Part shown: piece after piece, positions 30,629 to 41,500 of the stretch
Numbering within the stretch: the stretch's first letter is position 1
Layout: every line of letters begins with the position of its first letter
Virus record (IMG/VR): IMGVR_UViG_3300035204_001665
Span: 18,870 to 82,869 of that record
Direction: 5' to 3' (one strand)
Source: a virus
DNA length: 64,000 nt
The notes under the pieces: generated by a model
Told to the model about the DNA's origin: nothing
The model's input: the letters and a program-made list of their open reading frames with translations, nothing else
Databases searched by the model: none
Position numbers and translations under genes: made by a program

Positions 30629-31068
30629 TAAAATACCTCCTCGACAAAATATACATACATTTTCATACCGAAGTAGTCTTTAACTGAAGCACTGCTAACT
30701 AATTTGAAACTTTTTTCATCTATCTCTATTTTTATGGTTTTGCCAGTGTCTATGTAGTCCTTGGTGGCCTCCCTGACCTTAATCGCCACCTCTCCTTGGG
30801 GAATATTGATACCTGCCCAAGCTTCGGTCTCTTGTCCTTGTTTTCTATTGTACTGTATGATCGCCTTGTGCTTTTCACTTCTAGGCAAGTATTCTATGTT
30901 GGCGGGGGCAGAGGTCTCATCATATCCGGGTAATAGGTGAGCATCTACAGCCACCACTTTTTTCTGTGGTTCTTTATGAACAGTTATATCCCTAGAAAAT
31001 GTATCAAACAAATCCAAAACTGAATTTTGGAAAGATACCTTATCTGTATTTGACAGTAGATCAGCCAT
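30628..31068 (-). CDS. Putative head-closure (stopper) protein
   Basis: 146-aa beta-rich protein in the adaptor-stopper-completion-terminator order. Confidence 0.45.
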   Translation of the reverse strand: MADLLSNTDKVSFQNSVLDLFDTFSRDITVHKEPQKKVVAVDAHLLPGYDETSAPANIEYLPRSEKHKAIIQYNRKQGQETEAWAGINIPQGEVAIKVREATKDYIDTGKTIKIEIDEKSFKLVSSASVKDYFGMKMYVYFVEEVF

Positions 31069-31070
31069 AT

Positions 31071-31589
31071 TTAACTAGGATTCGTAGTGGGGCGGTTGAA
31101 ATCTGTTCCAGCTCCATAGTCTCCAGCCGTAGTATCGTCCCCAGCGACCTGAAGGGGCGCAGAAGCCCTACGTTGATAAGCTGCAATTAGCTTGTCTAAG
31201 TCTTCCATCTCCGTTTTCTTGGCCGTTTGATAGGTTTGGCTTTGCTGTATTTTGTTAACTCTTCTTACCGATGTGCCGTCGGTTGATATTTCGACCCAAG
31301 TGTCTGTAGAAGCCGCGCCAAGAGACTCTCTCAATTTGACGTCGTAATGATAAATCATATACATTTTCTTGAGAATATTAGCTTCATCTACACATATTTC
31401 TAATATAGCCCCAGATTTATCTACCGTTTTTATTTCAAAATCAGTACTATCTATGTAAAAATCGGTATTAATTCTAGAATTTAATAATCCGATGTTTGTT
31501 CTTAACCAAAAAGTTATGGGAGGGATTGATAAAGTGGATGGTTCTCCTAATTCTACATATATCTCATTTGCAACGTCAACTACTTTCAT
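31071..31589 (-). CDS. Putative head-tail adaptor protein
   Basis: Helical 172 aa with a beta hairpin (VEISTDGTSVRR); first of the neck cluster; preceded by AGTGTAAT at 31600-31607. Confidence 0.45.
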   Translation of the reverse strand: MKVVDVANEIYVELGEPSTLSIPPITFWLRTNIGLLNSRINTDFYIDSTDFEIKTVDKSGAILEICVDEANILKKMYMIYHYDVKLRESLGAASTDTWVEISTDGTSVRRVNKIQQSQTYQTAKKTEMEDLDKLIAAYQRRASAPLQVAGDDTTAGDYGAGTDFNRPTTNPS

Positions 31590-31625
31590 ATCTCTTTATA
31601 TTACACTTAATAATTTCTTCTTCTA

Positions 31626-34226
31626 TTAGGGAAATTCATTTAGGTCGTCTGCGCTTTTGACTCTGCCAAGCGCATTGCAAGAATGAGGAGGCTGATTAGT
31701 AATGCCCCAGCCATTTTTTTGTGTACAAGCATTTCCCGCATTAGACCAACATTTAGAATAAAACTTATCTTCATCGAATTTAAGTCTATTATCTAATAAG
31801 CAAACGGGCGTAGGCAAAACTGCCCAAGTAAAGTCTTTCCACGCAGACACTAACTTACAACACCCTCTTCCGCTATCAATTTTCGTGTATTTTCCCAAGG
31901 CGTCTTCTACATCGCCATTATCGACATCGTCTAGGAGGTCCCATTTGTCTACGGTAGTTCCGCCCCCATTCGCATAGCGACATTCAAATTTATATCTCAT
32001 AATCTTTGTTGCTACACCATTAGGAAGCATTGATTGTACGTCGCGGCAACTGGTAGCGGTACGATTGCAGTATACTTTATCGGGATTTGCATTCTTATCA
32101 GCCTTATTTGTAGCACATTGTTTGCCCGCGCTAAATGCCCACCCATCATTTGTGAAATTCTGTTTCCCCCCAGCTTGCCTATAGCAGTCGGAAAGTGTTA
32201 TGTCATTTATACAGCCTCCCCCTATGGTCAGTCTGCCGAGACGTTCGGTATTCGTTCCTCCTCCGCACCTTCCTATTCTACGACACTTCGGATCGCAGCA
32301 CGCCCCCTTTTCGTCTGGAGGAGCGGGGCAATTACAATTAACCATGGGCTTGCCCTCTTTATCGCTTGGGTCTGTTATTCCAGCGGGGACAACTCCTGCG
32401 CCATTTTGGCAATCACATATAGGTTTCTTCTTACATTCAGATTTTCCTACGCCATTGGCGTCATGCCATGTAAAACAGCAGTTGTAATCCGGTTGAGGGC
32501 ACCCCTTAACTCCCTTGGGTATGCCGCCGAGACCGAGTATCCCTAAAAGCGCTGCCCACGCGCCGCCTAATCCGCAGTCTTGCTTCACCCCGCATGCACT
32601 TCCACCGGTCCATGAGGATTTTTTCTTTTCGGGTCCCTTCTTTATTTTTTCGCAAGAATCTTTATCCATGTTGTCAGTGCACGTTCCATCTCCATGGCAG
32701 CATTTGCCCTTTTTGAGATTGCACTTTATTTTTCCAGTATAGCAACCCCCCGCTTCTCCCGAGACCCCGTCATCTCTTTTCCCTCCTAATTGTTCATCTA
32801 ATCCGCAACAGTCCTTTAAAGAAGCGTATCTTTTTATCCAAGCCCAGTCTCCCGACCCCACGTACAAAGGATCTTTTACGTATACCGATTGTTTTCCACT
32901 TCCACTAATGTTATACCATCTACATAAATTAAGCTGCCAGTTGCTAGGGCTCGTGATTAAGTGAGCTTTGTAGCAAAATCCATCTCTGCCGAGAAAAGTA
33001 AAACCATGTGTCCCGCCCGCCGTGAACCCTTCGAATATAACCCTCGTGGTTGGATCGGTCTCATCACCTATTCTTCTGAAAAGTATCTTACCTTTTTTTA
33101 CGGCGTTCCATATTTCTGCGCAATTTGACCCGCCGGGTAGAGGATCTACGTTGTCGTCGTCTCCGCACCTTTGTATCGATATTAGCATATCATAAGCACA
33201 AGTAAGGCAGTCTTTTTTATAGCTCCAACTACCCCTAGGCTCATCAAGATGTAAAGCATCCTGTGCATTTGATACCCCGAGGGAAACATTCCAACAGCTC
33301 CAAGTATCTTCTCCTGCCCAGAATACGCTACCGGCGGTCTGGTAGTGATTTCTCTGTCTATCCCAAATGTTTCCGTCTTGTTGTCTTAATATCTTAGTCG
33401 TATCTAACCTGTATTTCGCAGGTAAACATATTTCCATTTTATAGTCTAGGCCTCCCGGTGTGCATGCAGGCTTTCCTCCGGGATCAAAAAGTCCCCCCGC
33501 AATATGATGAATAATTGTATCCTTCCATCCGCAGGCCCCCTGAATATGTGCATGACATGGACAAAAAGTATAGCAATTCGGACATTGTACCCCTAGCGCT
33601 GCCCATTCAGCTAGAGTCGGTGGAGCGCTAGGCCCAGCGGAAGGGTCCATTACATTATTCGGGTCAGGGGGCGCGGGCGGATTAGGGCATTGCCATCCAT
33701 CACCCAGCTCAGATGTTTTAACTTTGTGAGTAACCAATCTAAAATATTGCGCATAGAAGTCTCGGCCTTTCCTAGCGGTATCCTCTACGTCCCACTCCTG
33801 CCAGTATCCACATATTCCATTAACCAAAACTCCCCCCATATCGCCACAATTAAAATTGCTCGGAGGAAGGGGGATGAATCTTTTTAATCTCTTCATTGTC
33901 GCACATGGATTACATCCCTTACTAACGCTTCCCTCTGGACTACATAAATACCACTTACCGCATAGTCCCTTAATTCTAGTAAACTCTGCCTGAGTTGTAG
34001 CCTGCCAACTTAGAGCACATTCATACCATGGCCCATGGATAGGGGCCTGTATTTGTATTTGTACCCCGTCCGGGCGCGTATGATTAATAGTTTGTTGTGG
34101 TTGCCCATTATAGTCACAATTATATTTTGCCCTATATTCATATAGGCACCAAACGTCAACCGTTTGATCTGGATCTTCCGGTTTACCGATCTCTTCACAT
34201 AATTTATTTGTTTGTGCGTCAGGCAT
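31626..34226 (-). CDS. Very Cys-rich protein (866 aa) of unknown function
   Basis: Dense Cys with GKCCHGDGTCTD, YNCCF and GACCDP repeats; one hydrophobic stretch (GGAWAALLGILGLGG). Confidence 0.7.
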   Translation of the reverse strand: MPDAQTNKLCEEIGKPEDPDQTVDVWCLYEYRAKYNCDYNGQPQQTINHTRPDGVQIQIQAPIHGPWYECALSWQATTQAEFTRIKGLCGKWYLCSPEGSVSKGCNPCATMKRLKRFIPLPPSNFNCGDMGGVLVNGICGYWQEWDVEDTARKGRDFYAQYFRLVTHKVKTSELGDGWQCPNPPAPPDPNNVMDPSAGPSAPPTLAEWAALGVQCPNCYTFCPCHAHIQGACGWKDTIIHHIAGGLFDPGGKPACTPGGLDYKMEICLPAKYRLDTTKILRQQDGNIWDRQRNHYQTAGSVFWAGEDTWSCWNVSLGVSNAQDALHLDEPRGSWSYKKDCLTCAYDMLISIQRCGDDDNVDPLPGGSNCAEIWNAVKKGKILFRRIGDETDPTTRVIFEGFTAGGTHGFTFLGRDGFCYKAHLITSPSNWQLNLCRWYNISGSGKQSVYVKDPLYVGSGDWAWIKRYASLKDCCGLDEQLGGKRDDGVSGEAGGCYTGKIKCNLKKGKCCHGDGTCTDNMDKDSCEKIKKGPEKKKSSWTGGSACGVKQDCGLGGAWAALLGILGLGGIPKGVKGCPQPDYNCCFTWHDANGVGKSECKKKPICDCQNGAGVVPAGITDPSDKEGKPMVNCNCPAPPDEKGACCDPKCRRIGRCGGGTNTERLGRLTIGGGCINDITLSDCYRQAGGKQNFTNDGWAFSAGKQCATNKADKNANPDKVYCNRTATSCRDVQSMLPNGVATKIMRYKFECRYANGGGTTVDKWDLLDDVDNGDVEDALGKYTKIDSGRGCCKLVSAWKDFTWAVLPTPVCLLDNRLKFDEDKFYSKCWSNAGNACTQKNGWGITNQPPHSCNALGRVKSADDLNEFP

Positions 34227-34267
34227 TCTTTTAATTATATCATATTTTTGTCTCTATGTCTTACGGT

Positions 34268-37200
34268 TTAATTGCCGTCAATTACCCAAACTGCGCAAGT
34301 ATCATCTGCGGGACTGCCACAGACCGCGGGGCAGCCACTCATGTCGTCGCAAAGGTAACAAACATCCTGATAGCATACTAAATCACCCAGAGTATAGTCG
34401 GATCCGGATGACCACGCAGGCCCGCAACTAGAATCACATCCTCCCCCGTCGCCGCAACTATCACAATCTCCATTTGCATCTACTTGCCCCGTGAACACCC
34501 ATTCTGCGTCGTGAGTCGCCGAGTAATCAGTATCATCTTCGACCCACATGCATTCATATTCTTCCGTCTCACAATTCTGAACGGTAAAGTATCCACCCTC
34601 GTTACTCGTCACAAAATTATCAGCTAGCCCATTAATAATACATATATAATGCGTGCCCCCTGTTGGATTATTACCCGCACCGCTATCTTCACATAATTCT
34701 CCTGCGTATACCTTGGTGTTGCCTGTTTTACATTGGCATAATTGAGATTGCGCCCCCGAATAAACGTCCGTAGCCGATGCTGTACCGGTTTTCCAATCGC
34801 GGGAGGCAGAGGGAGTTGCGCTTATCGTGGCAGTCGGTGTCGGCGTTTCCGTTATCGAAGCGGTTGCCGTATCCGTTGGGCAACTTTGACAAGAAGAGAT
34901 TATATACCTGTCTCCCGCGGCATAACTATCCTGCGCGCCATTATCGTATCCGGCCCAAGCAATACTACTGACCTCATACGTTCCCCCATTCGCGGATATT
35001 ACAATATTACCATTGACTAGAATATCATTTGTGGGATGATGGTTAGTTATCTTAAATAATTGCGTAATCGTCGAAAGGTCCACCTCATCACTACAGTTAC
35101 TATGTTGATTGAACCATACTCTAAATTTTCTATTATCGTTAAAATGTTTACATGAGGTCGAAGTGACCTTCTCTGGGCTCTCTGGAGTATTACTACACCC
35201 AGCGTGCGCATCATGATTTAACTTTATTTCCCACTGCCCGCCACCGATCTTATTGCCCTGAGCACTCGTATTTCCATACCATACCGTTTTAGTTGCTTCA
35301 TCACAGCCGTCGTAAGTCTTTAAATATATGTCTAAGTCTGATATTCCGCTCCAACCAAGGGAGGCTTCTACAGAGTAGTCACAAGTATCGTCTATAGCAC
35401 AAGCGGTCTCTGATGCCGTATGAGTTACCGTATACGGATTAGAGGCAGTGTGGCTTGCAGTTTGCGTTTGAGATGGAGTGGGGGTAATATCACTGGATTC
35501 CGTGGCAGATGCAGTAAACGATGCGGTGATGAAGCCAGTAGCGCTTGAGGTAGGAGATTCAGTTATTGATGCGGTTGGGGTAAACGACGCGGTTTGTGAC
35601 AGCGTAGCTGTCGCCGACAAAGTAGCAGACTCGGTAGCCGTAGCACTAGCGGTTCCAGTTTTTGTTGCCGTTTCTGTGAGTTCGGAGGCTGTGGCTGAGA
35701 TTGTGTGCGAAACCGATGCGCTCGGACTTGCAGAAGCAGTTCTGGTAAATGATGCACTCGGAGTGACAGATTCCGATGCAGACGGTGTAATGCTTTCAGT
35801 TGCGGATGCAGTAACGGTTCGGTGAGCGCTTGCACTTGCGGTTGCGCTGGCCGTCTCTGTCGAAGTTCCACTAGCTGTTTCTGATGGAGTTGCAGAACCT
35901 GTCCCCGTAACCGAAGGGGAAGCAGTTATAGATAAAGTTGGCGTTACCGAGACAAGGGTCGCCGATGGGGTTGCGGTTGCGGAGACCGTAGGGCCAGTAG
36001 CACTTGGAGTAGGAGATTTACTTATTGAGACGGTTGGTGTTACGCTATCGGTTGCAGACAAAGTAGCCGAAATAGTTGCACTGGCCGTGGCTGTATCTGT
36101 TTGGCAACAGTAACATTCAACCCAATAGTCACTTGAGGCCGGCAAGAAATTCTGCCCTCCACCGATCATATTATACGGATGGGGCGGATTACCAGTATCC
36201 ATAATGGAAGACCAAACCAATTGTGCCTTTTTCCATGGAGACAAAGGCGCTACTGCTTGGAACTCAAATGTTTGATCTAACCAGCCCCAGTCCCCGTTCC
36301 CAGCTTGGGTTATCAACGCACTAAAATCAAGATTTTGCTTAAGCGTCCAGCATCTCTCTAGGTGGAAAGAGGCCTTCAGAACTTGCCCTGTGCCCATCGG
36401 AGAAGCCGGAGGCACGGAGCCTTCCTGATAGTCCCCAGTAAGAGGATCACGTGGAAAAGAAAACTGATTCGTATCAAAATCGTCGAAAAGCACCGGCTCG
36501 CAACAACCCTCTGACGCGGATGGTGTTGGCGAGATGGTCGCGGTAGCAGTACCGGGTGAGGGCGTGGCGCCCTCGCAGTCTTCGCAATCATCATGAGTCG
36601 TCAAATTTGGATCGACCTCGCTTAGATCATTATGAGTAGTATGATTATTTAAAGTATCCCATATATATTGATGGAAAGGAATCAGCCCCGCAGAGTTACG
36701 ACCCATATCTCTTTCTACTGAATTATTCGGTGCGCTATCTGCATACTGAGGAGAACTGGGACTGTTCTGATTATAAGTTATAAGCGGAAAATCCGTCCAA
36801 GGTTCATCTACGTGGAACTGTCCATCGTAACAGTCTCCCGATATTTTTATTACATTATTTCCTATTGTGTCAACGAAGTTATCAGTAGCATAAGTTCCGT
36901 TTAGTAGAAAAGAAATATTTCCAACGTTACTCACCGGACAAGCTTTTAAACCTACTAAGGCCACCTGATTGTCTGGGGCAGTGAGAGAAACTGTGGCCGT
37001 CGCAGTTTCCGTAACTCCATGAAGACATTCGTGACAGTCTGTGTAAGATTGAAAGGTAGAATCATAATCAGCTAAATCGTCAAATATAGATTTTGAACCG
37101 ACGCTTCTGACTTGATCATACATCTGTTGGTGTATGGGAAGCAATCCGACACGATTTACCCCTCGGTCTCTTAAGAAGTCATTATTTATTGAATCATCGC

Positions 37201-38545
37201 AGTATTGTGGCTGATTACTATCATCTATAAAAATTAATGGGACTTCCGTAATCCCGCCATGATAATAAGTTTCCCCGTTATAGCAGCCTGAGCCTTCAGA
37301 TGAGCTTCCTATTTCTAAAGTAGTATTTCCGACCAAGCTCGTATATGAAGTATTTGCGTTTGCCTTATCTAGCAACAAAGCAAAATGATTAATAGTATAT
37401 GGATCTTCGTGAGGACACACCGGCAGACCGAACAGAGCAATACATTCTTCTTCCACCGCTTCGCTGGCGCTAGCCGACGGGGTAAGCGTTGCAGACTTAG
37501 TCGCAGACGCCGTTGCTGACGCAGTCCTAGATGCGCTAGCTGTCGCCGTTATTGTGCACGTCGGCATGGCCGTAGGCGTATCAAAAATACATTCTGAGTT
37601 AGTAAGATTACCGTCGCAGCCTTCAAAACCGACCGCGCATTCGCCGCTAACGCCTACTATTTGTGCATCTCCATCCGAGCCAACGGCACAAGTTGAATTT
37701 AAGTTATCAATAGCCTTATCGGTTAGCTGAGTCATGGGATCCCCAACCAAATACTCTGCATAAAAAAGGTTACCAAATTCATGACTATCTCCCGCATCAT
37801 AAGCGGCTTTAAATATAAAAGCACCCGTATATCTACATGTTTGAGGGGGAGTACAATCATCCTTCTGTATATCAAATTCGTAATCTGGATCAAATTTTAA
37901 TTCTGCCCATAGTTTCGCGTGGTGAACTGAGTTCGTGACATTTGGTCCGGCACATTCACAACTCCCGCCGTTCGTGGCATTTTCATCTGCCGAAAAGTCT
38001 CTTTGGTAATAGACTCCATAGTCGCAGTCTTGATAAACCCACTTAATCCAATCTTCGCCCGACCCCGCCTGATGCAATACAAAGTTATTATTTAAAACGC
38101 CATTAAGCGGAGCGTTTGGGTTTGTAAGCTCTTCTATTTTTCTATAAGCGTCATCTTGCACGCATCCCCCCGTGCACAAAATAATATTCGTAAAGTCAAG
38201 AAAGATATCTTCCGTATGTGCCTTAATGAGATCTATAACATTTTCTGTAACTTCGAAATCCCAAGTTAAATTTGATCCCGCGCTCCATTCTGCGGCAGCA
38301 GTTGTCGTAGCCCTTCCCGGCCTTAGTGAGTTCTCTTCTATGTAGGCCGTAACGTTATAGCTGATTTGATATTTCCCTTTTGGAGTGTCTTTCGTAATCC
38401 AGACTTCCCCAGTGTCTTCATCATAGCCTGCGCCTTCCGGTAGGTTAAATACCTTATACTTATAAGACAAACCGGAACTATGATCCTCGTCACCGAGAAC
38501 CTGTATCGTGTAAATCACTTTTTTTGGTATGTCGCAACAACTCAT
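34268..38545 (-). CDS. Cys-rich, Ser/Thr/Ala mucin-like multidomain protein (probable virion fibre or decoration)
   Basis: Long TATASAT-type tracts, a duplicated Cys module, LGWSGISDLDIYL (DUF2135/YfaP-like) and a C-terminal CBM5/12-like WSSGSDYTLGDLVCY. Confidence 0.7.
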   Translation of the reverse strand: MSCCDIPKKVIYTIQVLGDEDHSSGLSYKYKVFNLPEGAGYDEDTGEVWITKDTPKGKYQISYNVTAYIEENSLRPGRATTTAAAEWSAGSNLTWDFEVTENVIDLIKAHTEDIFLDFTNIILCTGGCVQDDAYRKIEELTNPNAPLNGVLNNNFVLHQAGSGEDWIKWVYQDCDYGVYYQRDFSADENATNGGSCECAGPNVTNSVHHAKLWAELKFDPDYEFDIQKDDCTPPQTCRYTGAFIFKAAYDAGDSHEFGNLFYAEYLVGDPMTQLTDKAIDNLNSTCAVGSDGDAQIVGVSGECAVGFEGCDGNLTNSECIFDTPTAMPTCTITATASASRTASATASATKSATLTPSASASEAVEEECIALFGLPVCPHEDPYTINHFALLLDKANANTSYTSLVGNTTLEIGSSSEGSGCYNGETYYHGGITEVPLIFIDDSNQPQYCDDSINNDFLRDRGVNRVGLLPIHQQMYDQVRSVGSKSIFDDLADYDSTFQSYTDCHECLHGVTETATATVSLTAPDNQVALVGLKACPVSNVGNISFLLNGTYATDNFVDTIGNNVIKISGDCYDGQFHVDEPWTDFPLITYNQNSPSSPQYADSAPNNSVERDMGRNSAGLIPFHQYIWDTLNNHTTHNDLSEVDPNLTTHDDCEDCEGATPSPGTATATISPTPSASEGCCEPVLFDDFDTNQFSFPRDPLTGDYQEGSVPPASPMGTGQVLKASFHLERCWTLKQNLDFSALITQAGNGDWGWLDQTFEFQAVAPLSPWKKAQLVWSSIMDTGNPPHPYNMIGGGQNFLPASSDYWVECYCCQTDTATASATISATLSATDSVTPTVSISKSPTPSATGPTVSATATPSATLVSVTPTLSITASPSVTGTGSATPSETASGTSTETASATASASAHRTVTASATESITPSASESVTPSASFTRTASASPSASVSHTISATASELTETATKTGTASATATESATLSATATLSQTASFTPTASITESPTSSATGFITASFTASATESSDITPTPSQTQTASHTASNPYTVTHTASETACAIDDTCDYSVEASLGWSGISDLDIYLKTYDGCDEATKTVWYGNTSAQGNKIGGGQWEIKLNHDAHAGCSNTPESPEKVTSTSCKHFNDNRKFRVWFNQHSNCSDEVDLSTITQLFKITNHHPTNDILVNGNIVISANGGTYEVSSIAWAGYDNGAQDSYAAGDRYIISSCQSCPTDTATASITETPTPTATISATPSASRDWKTGTASATDVYSGAQSQLCQCKTGNTKVYAGELCEDSGAGNNPTGGTHYICIINGLADNFVTSNEGGYFTVQNCETEEYECMWVEDDTDYSATHDAEWVFTGQVDANGDCDSCGDGGGCDSSCGPAWSSGSDYTLGDLVCYQDVCYLCDDMSGCPAVCGSPADDTCAVWVIDGN

Positions 38546-41500
38546 CTAAGATTTATCCTCGCATTATAAACCGGATAGTAATAAGGTCTATACCATCTAT
38601 ATTGATACCAGTACCATTGGTAATAGTACCAATTCCAATACCAATTACCCCACCAATACCAAGGGTAATAAGGATACCCATACCACCCATAGCAATCATT
38701 CTGCCCCGGCATGTGTGTATTAAAAACAGACCAAGGGCTCATTATCTGAGGTACGTCAGCAAAGACTACAGAATAGGTTACTGAAGTCTTTTTTGCTCCG
38801 GCAAAGTTATTCGGGCCCGGTAGATTACTGTAAATCTCTATCGTTATGTTATGATTCTTATTCGGAAAAGCATTCCTATCGGCCATAATTCTAATGGTAT
38901 TGTAATAAATAGTAAAACCTGCTCCTTGATAATAAATGTATCCCGAATAAGGAGTATACCCAGTTAGCGGTTGACCGTCTTTAAGTATTCGATAATACGA
39001 ACAAGATGTACCCCAAAAAGGATAGATACTAAAATATCCAGACCAATAAGTGGGACTATAATAATAGTATGACTCAACCTGCCCAGTCCACCAATTCCAA
39101 TAACACTGCCTATACCTCCAGAATGCTGCGGTTGTTCCTCCCCAGCCAGATGATATGGTTACTGCTCGATTGTTTCTTACGTGGATGGTTGTAGATAGAC
39201 GGGACGTGCCGCATTCGCTTTTGAAGTCTACAGTAATTACGTCTCCATGCTGAGGGGTATATATATCTTTTGTTATAATTAATTTATCTGGCTTGTACCA
39301 GTAGTTAGTAGAGTATTCATATCTCGCAGATTTATAGCTTCCACTAATGGTTATATTATCTGTATACCCTCTACGATACCTTGACATCATGGCTGCTCCC
39401 GGAGGGGTATTTCTATTTCCATAGAATTGATAAACTAATTGGTAATCGTTATGGCAACCATTGGTCGTAACTATAGAACTTGTGCAGTAATTTCCTCTGC
39501 GTTGTGCTTGCCAATCTGGGCACCCATAAGAGACAGTCGGAGCTTGACAAGCGGGGTAATTAATATAAAATATTACATAAGTATATTTTGTTTCTGAACA
39601 TCGTTTCGCGTCTTTTCCATTGCCATAATTTTTATAACTTATCCTACAATAAATATAAGTATTTGTGCTATGAGTTAAAGTAAATGTTCTACTTGGCCCT
39701 CCCGAGTGCCACACTTCTCCCAAGCTCGGGGTATACCAGTGGTATTCCAAGCCTCCTGTATTTTTTATGAAAGGATTTCGATCCAATGCGGTCACCGAAA
39801 ATACTTGAGTTATACTGGGCTGAGAACTTCTGACGGTATAGTGGGCCGTCCATTGGTCATATTCACTCCACCAGCCAGTGTACTGCCTTCTTAACCATCG
39901 GGTCATAGTTAAATTACTGTTAGAAGAGGGGGTTACCCTAGTTATCCACGGAGCAAGTAGTTTTGGCGAATCCACGCACAGGCCCTTCGTAGCTGTACTA
40001 GTACCTGTCGGGCCATAAGGACTTGTCGCACTAGGCGTAAAAGTAAGTGGAGCAGTCTTTGTCGCTGATGCCGTTACTGTCTCGGTCGCTGTGACCGTTA
40101 GTGTTCCTGTCCCCCCGCAATAACAGTCGGGGTGGAATGTGGGTGGATTGAACTCCGTGAAGGTATCTAGAGCCGTCTGCTCAATGGTACCTCCCCCATT
40201 TGGATTAGCATCCCCCCCATTGACTTCAGAAATAATTTTCATACAATTTAACATCCCGCCCATGCCTCCATATGCGGCGAGAATAGTATATTGACCTATC
40301 GGTAACTCTATGTAGCTACCAACATATACATAATCTGTAGGGCTACTAGAGCAATCCCCATTGAGCTGAACGTTTACTGGGATACGATTCGGATCAATAC
40401 TTACGCACGGACAGAGTTTCCAGTAACGAGTATAAGTGGTAGGTGTCGCAGAAGCTGTACCAGTGTAAGTATGAGTAGATAAGGTCTGTGTTGGAGTCGC
40501 CGAAACTGTCCCCGTCTTCGTCGCGGTCGCAGTTAATGAACTAGTTACCGTCGGAGTTAGTGAGACAGTCGCGGTCGATGTCCTCGTAAACGTTGCTGTG
40601 TGAGTCGCTGTCCCCGAGGGAGTGTCGGTAGCCGATGCAGTAACAGATCCGGTTGCTGTGTGAGTGAACTCACAGAAACACATGTAAGACCAAGCGCTAA
40701 GAACGGTGAGGTTCTCGTTAAAATATACTCTTACGAGCTCGCCCTGATGGAACCAATTTTCGACGGCACCGAAAGACGTGATTTCATAATAATAACGAGT
40801 TCCGCCAACAATAAAATAAACACAATCTCCTGTTTTATACTTGCTTACTTGATCTGCATAAACGTATATCCAATTTTTAACGCCCCGCCATCCGAGGTGC
40901 TGTGAATTTGGGTCACTCCAAGTATATTTACCCCACCAATTTCCCGAACAATCCGGGCAACTAACGACCTTGGAACAAGAGGGCACGGTATGGGTGGCAG
41001 TGATAGTATGCGTACTCGTTCCAGATCGAGTTGCCGTATGCGTTCCCGTTTTTGTTAGAGATATGGTCGGTGTGGGAGTAGCCGTAATGGTAGGCGTGGT
41101 TGTGGCAGAAACGGTATGCGTATGAGTAAATTCGCAGAAACACATTTCTGTAAATCGGGGCATGTAGGCAGTAGTATTAGATACTAGGTTCAAGGGAACC
41201 ACAGACACCGTTCCGATGGTAGGCACGGTCGCATTAAAAGGAGCCCCTATAGAATGAACTTGATGATAGTAACGTACTCCGTTTACGGTAAAATGAATAC
41301 ATGATCCGTCGGGATATCTATGGGCCTCACTTTCTCGGATAATAACAGAATTTTGAGGGTTATTATTATTGTGAGCAGAAAATAATATTTCCGAACACGG
41401 AGGTACAGAATGAGTTGGAGTCGGCGAAATCGTAGGAGTTGAAGTCAGTGAAATCGTTGGGGTCACAGTAGCTGTCTTAGACAACGAAGAAGTGATACTA

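Noticed and set aside
38545-38700. Diversity-generating retroelement variable region in the aromatic C-terminal tail
   Set aside because: No template repeat or reverse transcriptase is visible in the window, and the many TGG codons are not what adenine mutagenesis of AAY codons produces.
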